DNA of 63,963 bases, the filler included, from Peribolospora baueri (taxonomy: Eukaryota): NCBI GenBank assembly GCA_029717555.1. It is 3 parts of 3 records of this genome, joined end to end, with 100 filler letters (N's around TTAATTAATTAA, not from the genome) between each part and the next. Parts side by side here need not be neighbours in the genome. Positions count along the whole stretch, not along the records: positions 1 to 29,908 come from JAMDHS010000140.1; 2 more parts are not named here. The stretch is one strand, 5' to 3'. A program made the translations under genes and the position numbers. Under the pieces are notes generated by a model. The model was not told where the DNA came from and did not search any database. It worked only from the letters and a program-made list of their open reading frames with translations. Positions 10,936-22,138 of this stretch are shown one piece after another (within the stretch, counting starts at the first letter, position 1; each line of letters starts with the position of its first letter).

Positions 10936-13725
10936 TCAGATCGTCGCGCCGCCGCCGCAACAATGCTTCACGACCTGGGTCGAAAGCGGCGGCTGCACGC
11001 GGCGCGACCTGGCCAAGTCAAGCTCTGCTAGATCGAAACTGTCCATCATGGACTGATGTCGACGCCTCCATACCGCCGGAGAAGGGTCAGAGGGCTGGGA
11101 GCCTATGCGAGCGTCTGTGAAACGCAGAGGGGACGTGAAGAACCCAGGAAGGCTGCTCGCGCAGTCGGCGTGAGCCCTCGTCCGGGACGTCCATTCACGG
11201 ACGACAGACCGGCGCGATTGCGAGCGCACGGGCTGTGACTGGGGAAAGGAGAACGTGTGCAGAGAGTCTGGCTCGAGCTCGCCAGCACCGTGTCCGTGCG
11301 GGTCGACCAACGAGTCTGGCTTATCCAGAAGTGGATCGCTATGCGTCTTGTCTCTCCCGACACTCCCGTCGTCCGTCTCACGGTCGAACCGGTACGGCGA
11401 CGAGGTAGGCGTCCAAAGGAAATCGAGCGATGCTGCCTCGGTCGAATGTGTCCCCTCGAGGCTGTGAGACAAGCTCGGCGGCACGGAGAGGGAGGCGCGT
11501 GTGGAGGACGAGGAGCCGCTAAGACAAAAGGAACAAGAGCACGGGCCATCTGGAGGTCGATGGGTAGGGTACGTCAAGAGATTGGATGAGGAGAGCGGCC
11601 GACGTGACATCTTCTTGGCTGATTCCCCATCGCCAAACTCGGCCAAGGCGGCCACGTCTGGAGGGAGGTCGAGCCGAAGCGGCCATTGGAAGGTGGACGT
11701 CGACAGAGCTGTGCTGAGAGGCCCTCCGAAGAGCATTGACGTCGACGGCGACGAGAGTTGAAAGGAGGGTTGAACGGGCTGGACGGGCGAGATGAAAGGA
11801 GAGAAACACGTGTCGCTCGGCCGACGCGAGCGGCTGCCGAGGGCGAGCGGTGACGAGCGCCGCGAGGGGGGGAGGAAACTAAGGCCGTCGTCGCCAGCTG
11901 GGGAGACGAGTTGGAGTGCAGTGATGTTGGGACGAATTTCGTCACCGGCCGAAGAAAGGACATCGACCAGCTGATCTTCATCCGCATGCTCCCGCGCCGC
12001 ACGCTGCCCGGCCGCCTGGCTTTCTAGTGCAGTTTCAATCTCGTCGACGTCCGAATCCTCCTCCGAGTCGCTCTTCTCCGGATCAGACTCGGGGAGCGTC
12101 AGTTCGCAACAAAACAGCAGGCCTTCTTCTGCGTGTCCATCCGGTGCGTTGGCGAAAGCATTCATCTCCGGGCGGCTCCAAACCAAAGGACACGCTGGCC
12201 GCCGTCGTTCTGCGACATCTGCGAGAGTGGTCGCAAACAACGGTGATGACTCGTCGTCGTCCGAAGAGGACTCTGGCAACCGTCGCTGTGCAACATCTGC
12301 GAGAGTGGTCGGGAACAACGGCGATGACTCCTCGTCGTTCGAAGAGGACTCTGGCTGCCGTCGTTCTGCAACGTCTGCGAGAGTGGTCGGGAACAACGGT
12401 GTCGACTCCTCGTCGTCCGAAGAGGACTGATCGGACGGCGAGTCAGGTAAAGCGACCGCTGCTGCTTCCAAGTCCGATTCGGAGTCCGAGTCCGGGCGGA
12501 GGCTCCAAACCAAAGGAGACGCCGGTAGCCGTCGTTGTGCAACATCTGCGAGAGTGGGCGGTAATAACGGTGACGACTCCTCGCCGTCCGAAGAGGATTC
12601 TGGCAGCCACCGTTCTGCGACATCTACTTGAGTGGTCGTGAACAACGGTGACGACTCCTCGTCGTCCGAAGAGGACCCATCAGATGGCGAGTCAGGTAAA
12701 GTGACCGCTGCTGCTTCCAAGTCCGATTCGTCGCCCGATTCGTCGCCCGATTCGTCGTCCGAGTCCGGGAAAGCGATGTCGATGGGGTGGACAGCGGTGG
12801 GGAGATGGGAAGCGCTGGCGAATGGGAACGAGTGCGTTTCCAAACCAGCCGTCTCGAGCTCAGGCCGGGATCGGTGCTTTCCGTCTCCACCCTCCCTCGT
12901 CCTCTCAGCGGCCTCGGTTGCCGCCGCCTTGCGCCACTGCAATCCCACCCATCCCTCCTCGCCATCCTCGCCCTCTTCTGCGACGCTTATATCCACGTCC
13001 ATCCCCACCTCCACCTCCACCTCCGCCATCTCCATCTCCACCTCCGCGTCCTCCTCATCGCTCAAGCCGTCCAAGACTTGCTCGAGCCACCTCGCTTCGC
13101 CGTCCTTGTGTTCATCCGCCTCGATCACATCCGGCGGGGCTTGTTGGACTTGGATGGCGGATTCCAATGTCGAAGTCAAGGCTCTCTCCCTCTCCCTTTC
13201 TCTTTTTTCGAGCTCCAAACTGCTAGTCATCGCATTCCTCACCAACACCATCCTCCTCAGTTCGTCTTCTCTGAGCGGCATCGGCGGCGTCGGGTCGGAA
13301 GGCGAAGAAGAGGCGGGGAAGGATCGAGGAGCGTCGTCGACGGGATCGGGGGAGGGGTGACCGAGCTTGCGCATGGCTATGGCGCGAAGATGAGCGAGGG
13401 AGGGAAAGGAGGAGAGACTGGTGGACACGAGCCGCGGAGACGGCGAGCTGGCCGGATCTGGCAACGAGGTGAGGCCGGTCGACGCGGAGAAGGCGTCGGG
13501 GTCGTGATCGGACCGTTTTGGGGAGGGAGTCGAGTGGAGGAGGTGTGATGTGGATGTCTGGGTGGGAGGGGCCATAGGAGACGACGGCGGGGGAGTGTCG
13601 GTAAGGGTGGTGGCGAGGGAGGGAGGACCGGACTGGTAGCCCGGCGAGGGTGGTCCTGGAGGATCATCGGCGAGAACGTCGCGGGCAGTGGGGACGACAC
13701 GAAAGAGCCTACGAAAGGGGTCCAT
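10936..13725 (-). CDS. Large acidic, Ser/Pro-rich low-complexity protein of unknown function with internal repeats
   Basis: Uninterrupted ORF of more than 900 codons from the ATG at 13725 (MDPFRRLFR). No recognisable domain. Confidence 0.65.
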   Translation of the reverse strand: MDPFRRLFRVVPTARDVLADDPPGPPSPGYQSGPPSLATTLTDTPPPSSPMAPPTQTSTSHLLHSTPSPKRSDHDPDAFSASTGLTSLPDPASSPSPRLVSTSLSSFPSLAHLRAIAMRKLGHPSPDPVDDAPRSFPASSSPSDPTPPMPLREDELRRMVLVRNAMTSSLELEKRERERERALTSTLESAIQVQQAPPDVIEADEHKDGEARWLEQVLDGLSDEEDAEVEMEMAEVEVEVGMDVDISVAEEGEDGEEGWVGLQWRKAAATEAAERTREGGDGKHRSRPELETAGLETHSFPFASASHLPTAVHPIDIAFPDSDDESGDESGDESDLEAAAVTLPDSPSDGSSSDDEESSPLFTTTQVDVAERWLPESSSDGEESSPLLPPTLADVAQRRLPASPLVWSLRPDSDSESDLEAAAVALPDSPSDQSSSDDEESTPLFPTTLADVAERRQPESSSNDEESSPLFPTTLADVAQRRLPESSSDDDESSPLFATTLADVAERRRPACPLVWSRPEMNAFANAPDGHAEEGLLFCCELTLPESDPEKSDSEEDSDVDEIETALESQAAGQRAAREHADEDQLVDVLSSAGDEIRPNITALQLVSPAGDDGLSFLPPSRRSSPLALGSRSRRPSDTCFSPFISPVQPVQPSFQLSSPSTSMLFGGPLSTALSTSTFQWPLRLDLPPDVAALAEFGDGESAKKMSRRPLSSSNLLTYPTHRPPDGPCSCSFCLSGSSSSTRASLSVPPSLSHSLEGTHSTEAASLDFLWTPTSSPYRFDRETDDGSVGRDKTHSDPLLDKPDSLVDPHGHGAGELEPDSLHTFSFPQSQPVRSQSRRSVVREWTSRTRAHADCASSLPGFFTSPLRFTDARIGSQPSDPSPAVWRRRHQSMMDSFDLAELDLARSRRVQPPLSTQVVKHCCGGGATI
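12170..12730 (-). repeat. Coding 78-bp (26-aa) tandem repeat, 5 copies in two blocks
   Basis: GAAGAGGA anchors spaced 78 bp apart (about 12263/12341/12419 and 12590/12668). Unit is ESSSDDEESSPLFPTTLADVAERRLP. Confidence 0.85.
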
Positions 13726-15514
13726 GTCGAAAGAGCGGCGTGGAGTTGGTGGAGAGAGAGAGAGAGAGGCGAGGCGGACGTGGCCGACGGTGCAAGGTCG
13801 GGTCGAGCGAGACAGGGGACACGTTTTGCGGTGGAAGCAAGCGAGATGGAGGGACCGACTACACTTTGCGGGCGAGTAAAACGGGAGAGAGGGACGTCGG
13901 TCGGTGGATGTCGAGATCGACGACGCACGCGAAGGCCAAGGCGCACGGCGTCGTCCAAGCAAGCACACCCGGATCGCCGACAAGATGGGGCAAGTCGGCC
14001 GAGTCGGGAGTCGGTGATGAGACAAGACGAGAACAGAACTTGGGGGATCGGAGCGAGACAGAGGGGAAGGGAGAGACTCTCCCGGATGCGGCGGACAGTG
14101 GGCCGATGAGCGATGAGGGAGGGTTAAAGGGAAAGGGGGAGCGGAGGGTGTACTGTATACTGTATACTGTACTACGCGAGCGAGAGACAAGACAAGACAA
14201 GACAGGGGCACGCAGTTAGTCTATCTACTCCGACAGAGGGAGGGAGTGGATAGTCAAGGCTTGCGAGTCAGGCAAGTCAGGTAAGTCAAGGCGACGCGAC
14301 GACGCTCAAAGGCGTGACCAACGCGAAGGGCGGCGGCGACGGCGACAGCGACAGCGACGACGATCGACGGTCGTCGGTCGCTTCCATCGTCCCTCACAAG
14401 CGCCAGGAAAGGCGAGGAGCGGTGTGGTGCGGAGCGGTGCGGGGCGGGGCGGGGTGGGAAGCGAGGAGACGTGAAGATAAGATGGGAAGATGGAAGGGAG
14501 GTCGAGGCGGACGGCGCAACGTGGGCGACGGCGATCTCTAAACGCGACAGGGCTGCATGGCGAGAGAGGGGGGAAGACAGCAAGGGGGACGGAGGATGGG
14601 AGGACGACGACCAAGCGGACGACGACGACGACGGCGGAGGCGGTTGCTGCTGCGGCGACGACTTAGACGACTTATTAGACGACGACGATAACGACGATAA
14701 CGACGATCGACAACCGGATGGCGGATGGATGGATGGTTCGCGTGGACGACGGCAGACCGAGTCATGCACGAGTCACCGACGAACGAACGACCACCGCCTC
14801 ACTCGCTCGCTTGCTCGCTCGCTGACGACCGACAACGGCCCACGTGACCGATCGCCCTGAATTGAGCGATCCCACGCTCGCCATTTCGCACCACGTGGTT
14901 CGGCAACCTGCTCCTGCAAGTTAGCTGCCAGGCCGTGCCGAGCGTGCGTGAGCGAGCCTGGACCGGCCCCGGCACGAAGCCAGTGCGAGCTCGACGTCGG
15001 CTTGCGTGGCACGTTGGTTGGCTGGTTGGTTGGACGCTGACGCTGATGCTGACGCTGACAGTCGCGTTTGCAGGGGACGACCATGCGCATCTCCTCAAGC
15101 ATGTCCTTATCCACCCTATGTATGTATGTATCAGTCAGAACAGAACATCGAGCGGACGGAGGAGGGGAAGACGTGGTCGATGGATGGCCCGCTTCCGAGG
15201 ACATGGCAGACATCACACCGCCGCAGCCGGCGATCGACCTCGATCACTAGAAATGTTGTTGTTTCCGCGCGTATGACGTCGCCGACGGTGAGAGAACCCT
15301 TCCCGCCTCCCTCTCTCGATCCCGATGGGTGTGGCACGTCCAAGACGGCGACAAGAAGGAAGAGATCGACACCGGCCGTCGATCCAACGACGTCCCTGCC
15401 TGCACCTTCCACCTATCCTTCCTTTTTCTCCTCACCCAATTTCGCTCTCCTTCCAGCCGCGTCCGGCCGCCTCGTCTCGTCTCGTCTTCGTCCTCCAACG
15501 TTCAGCTCTCCCTC

Positions 15515-16953
15515 ATGCTCGGCATCCACGGTGAGTTGGTTCGAACCAATGCCCTCGACAACGATCCTAACTGACCATCGCCTTGTTTTGTTTTGTGCCC
15601 CCATCCATCCTAGGATACTACTGGCTCTCCCCCCTTATCACCGCCTCTGTTTGGCTCACCAACCTGATAGGTCTTTTGTGCTTATGGACAGTTGTCGATG
15701 ATACGAGACAGTATGAGAGGAAGGAAGCCGACATTGTCTTCATCTCCGATGTCGGTCAGTTCGACTTTGCTGTGATCGCCGGATGGATAGCGCTGGCTGA
15801 CGTACTTTTCCTCCACTTGCTTGCCCATCCCACAAAGGCGCAGCACACCACGCATATTTCATCGTCTTCTGTGCCCTCACCTGTGAGCACGGCCGTCCAA
15901 CGCAGAGCAGACTTCCTAGCCTCTTACGCTTCTGAACTTTTCCTTTTTCCTTTCCTTCCTTTCCTTCGCCCATAGCCGCTTTCTATTTCCTCACAACCTT
16001 GATCGAGCGTCATCTCCGCCACAACCGTCGAATACCCGGTTCAGTCAAGCGGAGTCAAACTCGACTCGACATCTGCTCTGTCGTCTTCGCCAGTGTCGGA
16101 TGCTTGGCGCTCATCTTCTTGAGCGTCTTTGACGCTTTCCACTTTTCTAGGGTCCATTGGAGCATGGCCCTCATCTTTATCGTCTTCACTGCGCTTTCCG
16201 TGTTCTGCCAGTGCTGGCAGGTGATTTCCTTGAGCAAGCATCACCCTTCCCGAAAGCACCTCAAAGCGTCAGTCCCCATCCGTTCTTTCATCCACCTTCT
16301 TTCCATCACTGACAACCCCGGACTGTGGCTCTCCTTCGTGGTTACACAGAGCAATCGTCATCAAGGTCGCCCTTTTGAGCGTAGCCATCGTCTGCGTCAT
16401 CGGCTTTGCCGCTACTTACGGTGCATGTCGAGGAGACGCCGTAGACTCGAGGTGTAACAAGGTCATGTCAGCCGCGGCTGTGCTGGAATGGCTCATTGCG
16501 TTCCTCTTGTTCTTCGTAAGTCCTTTCCCGTCCGTCCTTTGTCCGCCCGAAACCTCGGACGGACCGTTCTCATCGTCTCCTCCTCCAATTCGTCCCCACA
16601 TCGCCGCACCCAGTTCTTCCTCACATACATCATCGACTTTTGGCCCGCCCGCGTGCGCGCTCGCAAGGGGCTTACCGAGGATGGCACCATGGTCGAGAAG
16701 CGTGCTTTGGCCGAATCGGCCGGCGAGGGTCATCGTCCGGAGGCACCTTGTGAGTTTGAGTTGCCCGTCATCCGGAAGCAAAGTCCTCGTCGAGAAGAAG
16801 CGCGCTTTCGCTCATGTTTGCTTACTTCTTCTTCCAGATGCCGTCGCCCGCGACATGGGGCCAAACCACTCGGCCGGCGACTTCGTAGCTGCTGGAGCGA
16901 CGGGCCGACGAAGCATCAACGGCCCCCAGCTGACCGAAGCTCCCGGATACTGA
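15515..16953 (+). CDS. Frag1/DRAM/Sfk1-family membrane protein (multi-exon)
   Basis: IVFISDVG, IERHLRHNRRIP, LIFLSVFDAFHFSRVHWSMALIF and SAAAVLEWLIAF motifs; multiple transmembrane helices; GT-AG introns. Confidence 0.8.
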
Positions 16954-17223
16954 GCGAGGCAGAATGGGCGGAATAGACGGACGTGTCTTTATTTGACGCG
17001 GGAATAGTTTATAGCGAAGAGGATGGTGGAGAGTTCTGCAAAGGTGTACATGTCGACCTGACGGTCATCGAACTTGGAGACCCGCTTATCTGAAAAGAGG
17101 ATAAGGGGATCTGGAGTAAAAAGCGCACAGACACGATCGATCCATAGCCACCACCAACCGCAGTCGGCCCGCAGTCACTACGATCGTCCTGGCTCGATCC
17201 AAATTCGTGCACACACCACCGCC

Positions 17224-19225
17224 ATGTCGCCCAGACAGCCACCACGTCCACTGTCCTCAGACTCTTCCATTCCGTCCGTGCTCGCTCCCCTGCGAGCGCG
17301 TCTCGTTTCTCTCGTCGAGTACGCTCTAGCCTCCGCCCTTCTCCCCACCGCGCTCTTCTACGCCTACCGCCTACACGCCCTCCTCCCCGACGATGCGCTC
17401 TCCGCCCGGCTACTTGCCACTTGTCTCCTCCGGCAAGGCAACCCCCACTCAGCGATCCATCTCCTCCAGCAGCATAGCCAACGTGACATTCCTTGCGCAC
17501 TCGTCTATGCGGACGCGGCGAGCAAACTAGGAAACGCGGCCGAGGCGAGCTCCATTCTGACCACTGCCGTTCAGAACGACCCTTCCGCCGGCGCAGAGGC
17601 GTCTTCACCGCGTGAGTCCTATCTCGTCCAAATCGGCACCGCCCAACGTGTCTTCGGCTCACCGGATCCCTTTCATGCCGTCTCCTGGCACACAGAAACC
17701 GACGCTTCTTCTCCCCATCCCTTCCCGCCCCGTGACGCCTCTGCGATCGAGTGCACCTTGGGCCACCTGGCGCTTAAAGCGAACCAGCCGAGCAAGGCGC
17801 TGACCCACTTTAGAAGGGCCGTCAGTCTGAATTGCTGGCTTTGGGAGGCATGGACAGCGCTTTGTTCCCTGGACGACCGTCAGTTGAAGGTCAAGGATTC
17901 GAGACGCAGAGGGGCAAAAGCTCGGCCGCAGGAGGCAGCTGAGACCGACGCCGCTATCCTCTCCATCCTTCGCATTTTTGTCGACGCCCAAAGATGCTTG
18001 AGCACGTACGCCTGCCGGGAAGCGATCACCACTTTGCGCACCCTGCCCGCCAACCAACTCGATTCGCCAGACGCTCAGCTCATGTTGGCCCAAGCGTACC
18101 GCGAAATGGCCCTTTACCCTCGCTCGGCGGAGCACTTTGTGCGCGTGCGCGCGCTGGAGCCATTCCGAGTTCGCGGCATGGACGTCTATTCGACCGTGCT
18201 TTGGCACCTCAGCGGCGAGGTGGCCCTTTCTCATCTCGCGCAGTCGTTGGCCGACGTGGATCGGCAGGCTTCACAGACGTGGGTGGCCGTCGGCAACGCT
18301 CACAGCCTCATGGGCGATCATTCCGAGGCGCTCAAGGCCTTCCTCAAGGCGGCCCAGGTGGAACGCGCAAGGGAGGGTGGAGGCGATCCGGACGTGGAAG
18401 CGTACGCATGGACGCTGGCAGGACACGAGTGCATGCAGCTCGAGGAAGTCGAGAGGGGGATAAGCTATTATCGGCGCGCCGTCGCGCGGACGAAGAGGCT
18501 CTACAACGCCTGGTGAGTCTCCGGCCGGCCGGCCGGCGTTTAGGCGTCCCTGCCCGTCTTCTGATTTCTCCCCGATCATTCAGGTATGGACTTGGCCAGG
18601 CTTTCCTCACCACTGGCAAGCTCCAAAAGGCCCAATACCACCTCTGCCGCGCCATCGAGATCAACCCATCGAATGCTGTCTTGCGCTGTTTCCTTGGAAT
18701 GGTCCGTCGTCGATGCCACCTTAACCCGTTCGCCCGTGTCCTTCTTTGCTCACGCATCCCTTTCTACTCTCTTTGTCAGGTGTTGGAGAAACAGCATGAG
18801 CAGGCGGAGGCTCTTGCAGTTTACACTGTGGCATGCGAGCTGGCGCCGGAGAGTGCGATGGCCAGATTCAAACGGGCCGGTCTGTTGACCGAACTGGGCA
18901 AGTGGGATGTGCGTGCTGTTTTCTGTGCCAGCGTCACTCTGGAACGAAGGATACTGATTCGGTCAAGCACGACGGCTCTTCTCAATCGCATGCCACACAG
19001 GATGCCGCCTCAGATCTGTATCTCCTCCTCTCCCTGGCGCCTGCCGAAGCCAATGTCCATCTCCTCCTCGGCCGAGTTCTCTACCACCGCAACCAGCCGG
19101 GCACGCACGATCGCGAGACGGCGATGCATCATTTCGCAACCGCTCTCGACCTCGACCCAAAATCGGCCGCGGTGACCAAGAAAACAATCGATGCCGCCAA
19201 AGCGGAAGAGGGCAGGGAAAGCTAG
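17224..19225 (+). CDS. CDC27: Anaphase-promoting complex TPR subunit Cdc27/Apc3-like
   Basis: N-terminal TALFYAYRL and A..LLATCLL motifs, then GMDVYSTVLWHL, TWVAVGNAHSL..DHSEAL, YNAWYGLG and AIEINPSNAVL TPR motifs. Confidence 0.8.
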
Positions 19226-19390
19226 CCAAATTGGTGTGTTTGCCGAGTATGACGACCAGCGCCGCCTTCCCTACGTAAGGGGTTAGAATTGTAGGATAAT
19301 GATACCTGAAAAGAAACCCTTTTCGCTGTTCGGTTGGTCGTAGGGGTGCCTTTGCGCAAAGAGGATGAGCTCAACAGAGCACCGGTGGCC

Positions 19391-19847
19391 TGTCAGGGAG
19401 GACCTCCCTACTCAGGTCGGGTCACGAGCGAGGGACGGAGGACGGAATGGAGGTCCACCGGAAGTCGACGCAAAGCAAGGAGCGGGCAAGTCGGGGACAG
19501 GGACGAGGACAGGAACGAGGATGGGGCGGAGGCTGGGACACAGGTGCTGATGCTGGTCGGGGAACTCTGGAGGAAACCTGAGCGGTGACAAAAGTATTCT
19601 TAGCTTGGGGAGGAAAGATGCGGACGCCCTGTCGGGCTCTCTTTATATACACGTTCATGAACCGGTGCAGCACCGTAGCTCCTATGTTCTAACCTCGCAA
19701 CGTCATAGCTCCCGTGTTCTAACCTCGCAATGCCACAGCTCCTATGTTCTACCCTTGCAACGCCACAGCTCCTATGTTCTAACCTCGCAACGTCACAGCT
19801 CCTTTGTCCGAGCCTATGAGCACGAGGTTCTGCGGAGGTTTGTGACA
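19391..19847 (-). mobile_element. 3' LTR (457 bp) of a Ty3/Gypsy chromovirus
   Basis: TGTCA...TGACA termini. Preceded on the minus strand by a GGGGGTAC polypurine-like tract and the chromodomain ORF. Internal TATATAAA. A second copy at 58173-58462 ends at the same TGACA. Confidence 0.85.
19672..19803. repeat. 30-bp tandem repeat (about 4.3 copies) inside the LTR U3 region
   Basis: Unit CACAGCTCCTATGTTCTAACCTCGCAACGT repeated head to tail with no spacers. Confidence 0.9.
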
Positions 19848-19859
19848 GTACCCCCGGGG

Positions 19860-20330
19860 CTAAGCGTGAGCTCCGCGAGCGCGGTTGAGACGTCGTTGGC
19901 CTGGCTTCTGGGGGTAAGCCGTGTGAAAGTCAACCACAAGGCTGTCGTCGTCGTCAAAGTCACGCGCATCCACCCAGGAGCGCTCCTCAGGACCGTATCC
20001 GACCCAGTCGACAAGGTATTTCAGCTTGCGGCGGAAGAAACGCGAATCGAGTATCTTGGCAACCTCATACTCTTCTTGCCCCGCCTCGGTGATGACGGGA
20101 GGTGGGGGTGAGGCAGAGGGGCGAGAGGACAGAGTGTTTGGGACGAACGGCTCCAGAAGCGAGACATGGAAGACGGGATGTACCTTCACGGAGGCAGGAA
20201 GGTTGAGCTTAAAGGCCGAACTTGAGATCTTCCTGTCAATGGTGAAGGGGCCCAGGCGCTTGGCATCCAGCTTGCTGCTGGGTCTTGCCGTCGAGATATG
20301 ACGCCGCATGAGCCAGCTGTTCGCTTGGAC
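19860..20330 (-). mobile_element. Truncated Ty3/Gypsy pol 3' end: integrase C-terminus (GPF/Y) + chromodomain
   Basis: [24 protein letters not shown] and [11 protein letters not shown]...[16 protein letters not shown]. Confidence 0.92.
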
Positions 20331-20640
20331 CGGTACCCTCGATATCGACCCCTCTTGTGCTGCTCGTTATAACTAGAGAAAGGCTGCTGAAACTACGATT
20401 GGAGGTCACTGAAGTTGAGTATGCCCGGCGGGACGAAGAGTCAAAACTGCCAGGAAGACGAAGATGTGAAGCGGGTGCGGGCATTCTTGCGGGTGATTGA
20501 AGATCGCCGGACAGGTCCGTAAATCGCAATTGCCCCTATAGCCATGCGCAGAGAGCTTTGAAGCGCTGTCAAGGATGCATCCATAATCCTCGAAGGGAAA
20601 GTGGAAATTCAACAAGCGCGCTCATTATGGCGTCCCGCTG

Positions 20641-21009
20641 GCGTGCATGGCGCACATACGGTGTTCTCGGTAACGAACACGGTCTATGAGCCTCTGTCGA
20701 AGCAAAAGGAAATCAACCAGGGCAAGGCCGTGGCGGACGCCGCGGTGGCCGCGGGCGCGCAGTACTTGATCTGGAGCACATTGCCGCACGTCGGCAAGCT
20801 TTCTGGAGGCAAGCTACAGCGGGTTTCGCACTTTGACGCAAAGGCTGACGTGGAGGAGTACATCCGCGGTCTCTCGATCAAGAGCGCCTTCTTCGCGCCA
20901 GGGTCATTTATGCAGAACTTCCGGGGGCATGCTGGCCCCGCGGCCCGTCGGCGATGGCACCTACGTGATCACCAACATTGCCAAATCGGAAACGCAGCTG
21001 CCGCTTATC
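20641..21009 (+). pseudogene. Central fragment of an NmrA-like (atypical SDR) gene
   Basis: HGAHTVFSVT, EINQGKAVADAAVAAGAQYLIWSTL, HFDAKADVEEYIR, FFAPGSFMQNF and TQLPLI. +1 frameshift at about 20925. No start or stop of its own. Confidence 0.88.
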
Positions 21010-22138
21010 ATGGCATCGAACCCGACGCAGCCCGGCGTGCTCATCGGTACCACGGCTCGAGTCAAGAAATACGTAAGGCCGCGCCGATGGAAGTAGAGAA
21101 GTGCGTCCGTTAATAGAGCCGCGTGCGGGAACTTACATCTGCTTCTGCTAGATGCCTATCGCGGGCGATTTTGCCTTTTCCGCACGCCCGCTGTACGATC
21201 ATCCTCGTAGGTGCCCTGCTTTGTCTCTCCCCGTTAGGTCTCGAAGTAATCGCGCTGACGCCTGAATTTGACGGAAACAGCGTCCCAACGACTGTGAAAA
21301 TCGAGAGAGAGAGTAGATGAGGATCAGTTCTCCAGCAAGCGCCATTAATCATTACTGAATACAAGTCGCATCCGCACTGCGCTCTCGTAGGCTTGGCCCG
21401 GCCGCTAGGGGAAGTCTTTTTCCACTCTCGCTCTTGCTTCTCATGCTTCTTTTTCAATCCTCATACCGCTCAGTTCTTCAATACCATGTCAAGCCTGGCA
21501 TCTAACCCCCCAGCACTCCAGTCCAAAACATTATAGTCCTCCAGTCCTACCTTCAGTCCAATCCTTGCCCTGCTACAACCTGAGCACACAAGAAAGTAGT
21601 GGACAGAGACTTGCAGTAATCCAGCATCACTCAGTCCCAAATTTTGCCACCACTTGACACGTTCCTTTTGGACTGTCCCACGCCCGGGCTCGGGATGCTG
21701 TCGCAGTGCGGCCTCCCGTACTCCGCCCGCTGGGTACAGTGGCCCTCTCTAACCCGCGGCGCATCGCCGGCTGTCACCAGGCTAAACGCGGCCATTGGTT
21801 TGCTCTTCTCATGGTTGGGTTAAGTGAGACTTTCCCTGTGGTGACCCTCTTCTGCGTGCCTGTCCGTGTATTCCCACATCCTACCTCCTCCACCGCGAAT
21901 CCTCCCGAAAAGGAGGCCAGAACTATCACCGCTTTCGTTTCTGTCCGCGTAATCCTGTCGATGTCCCAAGGCATACCTGGAGTAACACGGTCGTTCTCGC
22001 AAACCACGTCCTGCCCCGTTGTATAGGTTTTATACGAAAAAGCGCAACCAGCACGGCATGCACTAATGCGGCTACGCCATCCGTCCTTCCTTCCCTCGAA
22101 CCATGTCATTAGCCGCGTCTTCCCTATGTTCACGTCCC

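Noticed and set aside
14254..15250. ORFs in the GAC/GGAT microsatellite-rich region
   Set aside because: Simple-repeat intergenic DNA between divergent genes; no domain signal.
19262..19281. TTAC-N7-A (Hephaestus Starship-like target site) on the minus strand
   Set aside because: A 5-base match is expected by chance and it is on a different contig from the recombinase.
19672..19803. 30-bp repeats as a CRISPR-like array
   Set aside because: Head-to-tail with no unique spacers, inside an LTR, eukaryotic context, no cas genes.
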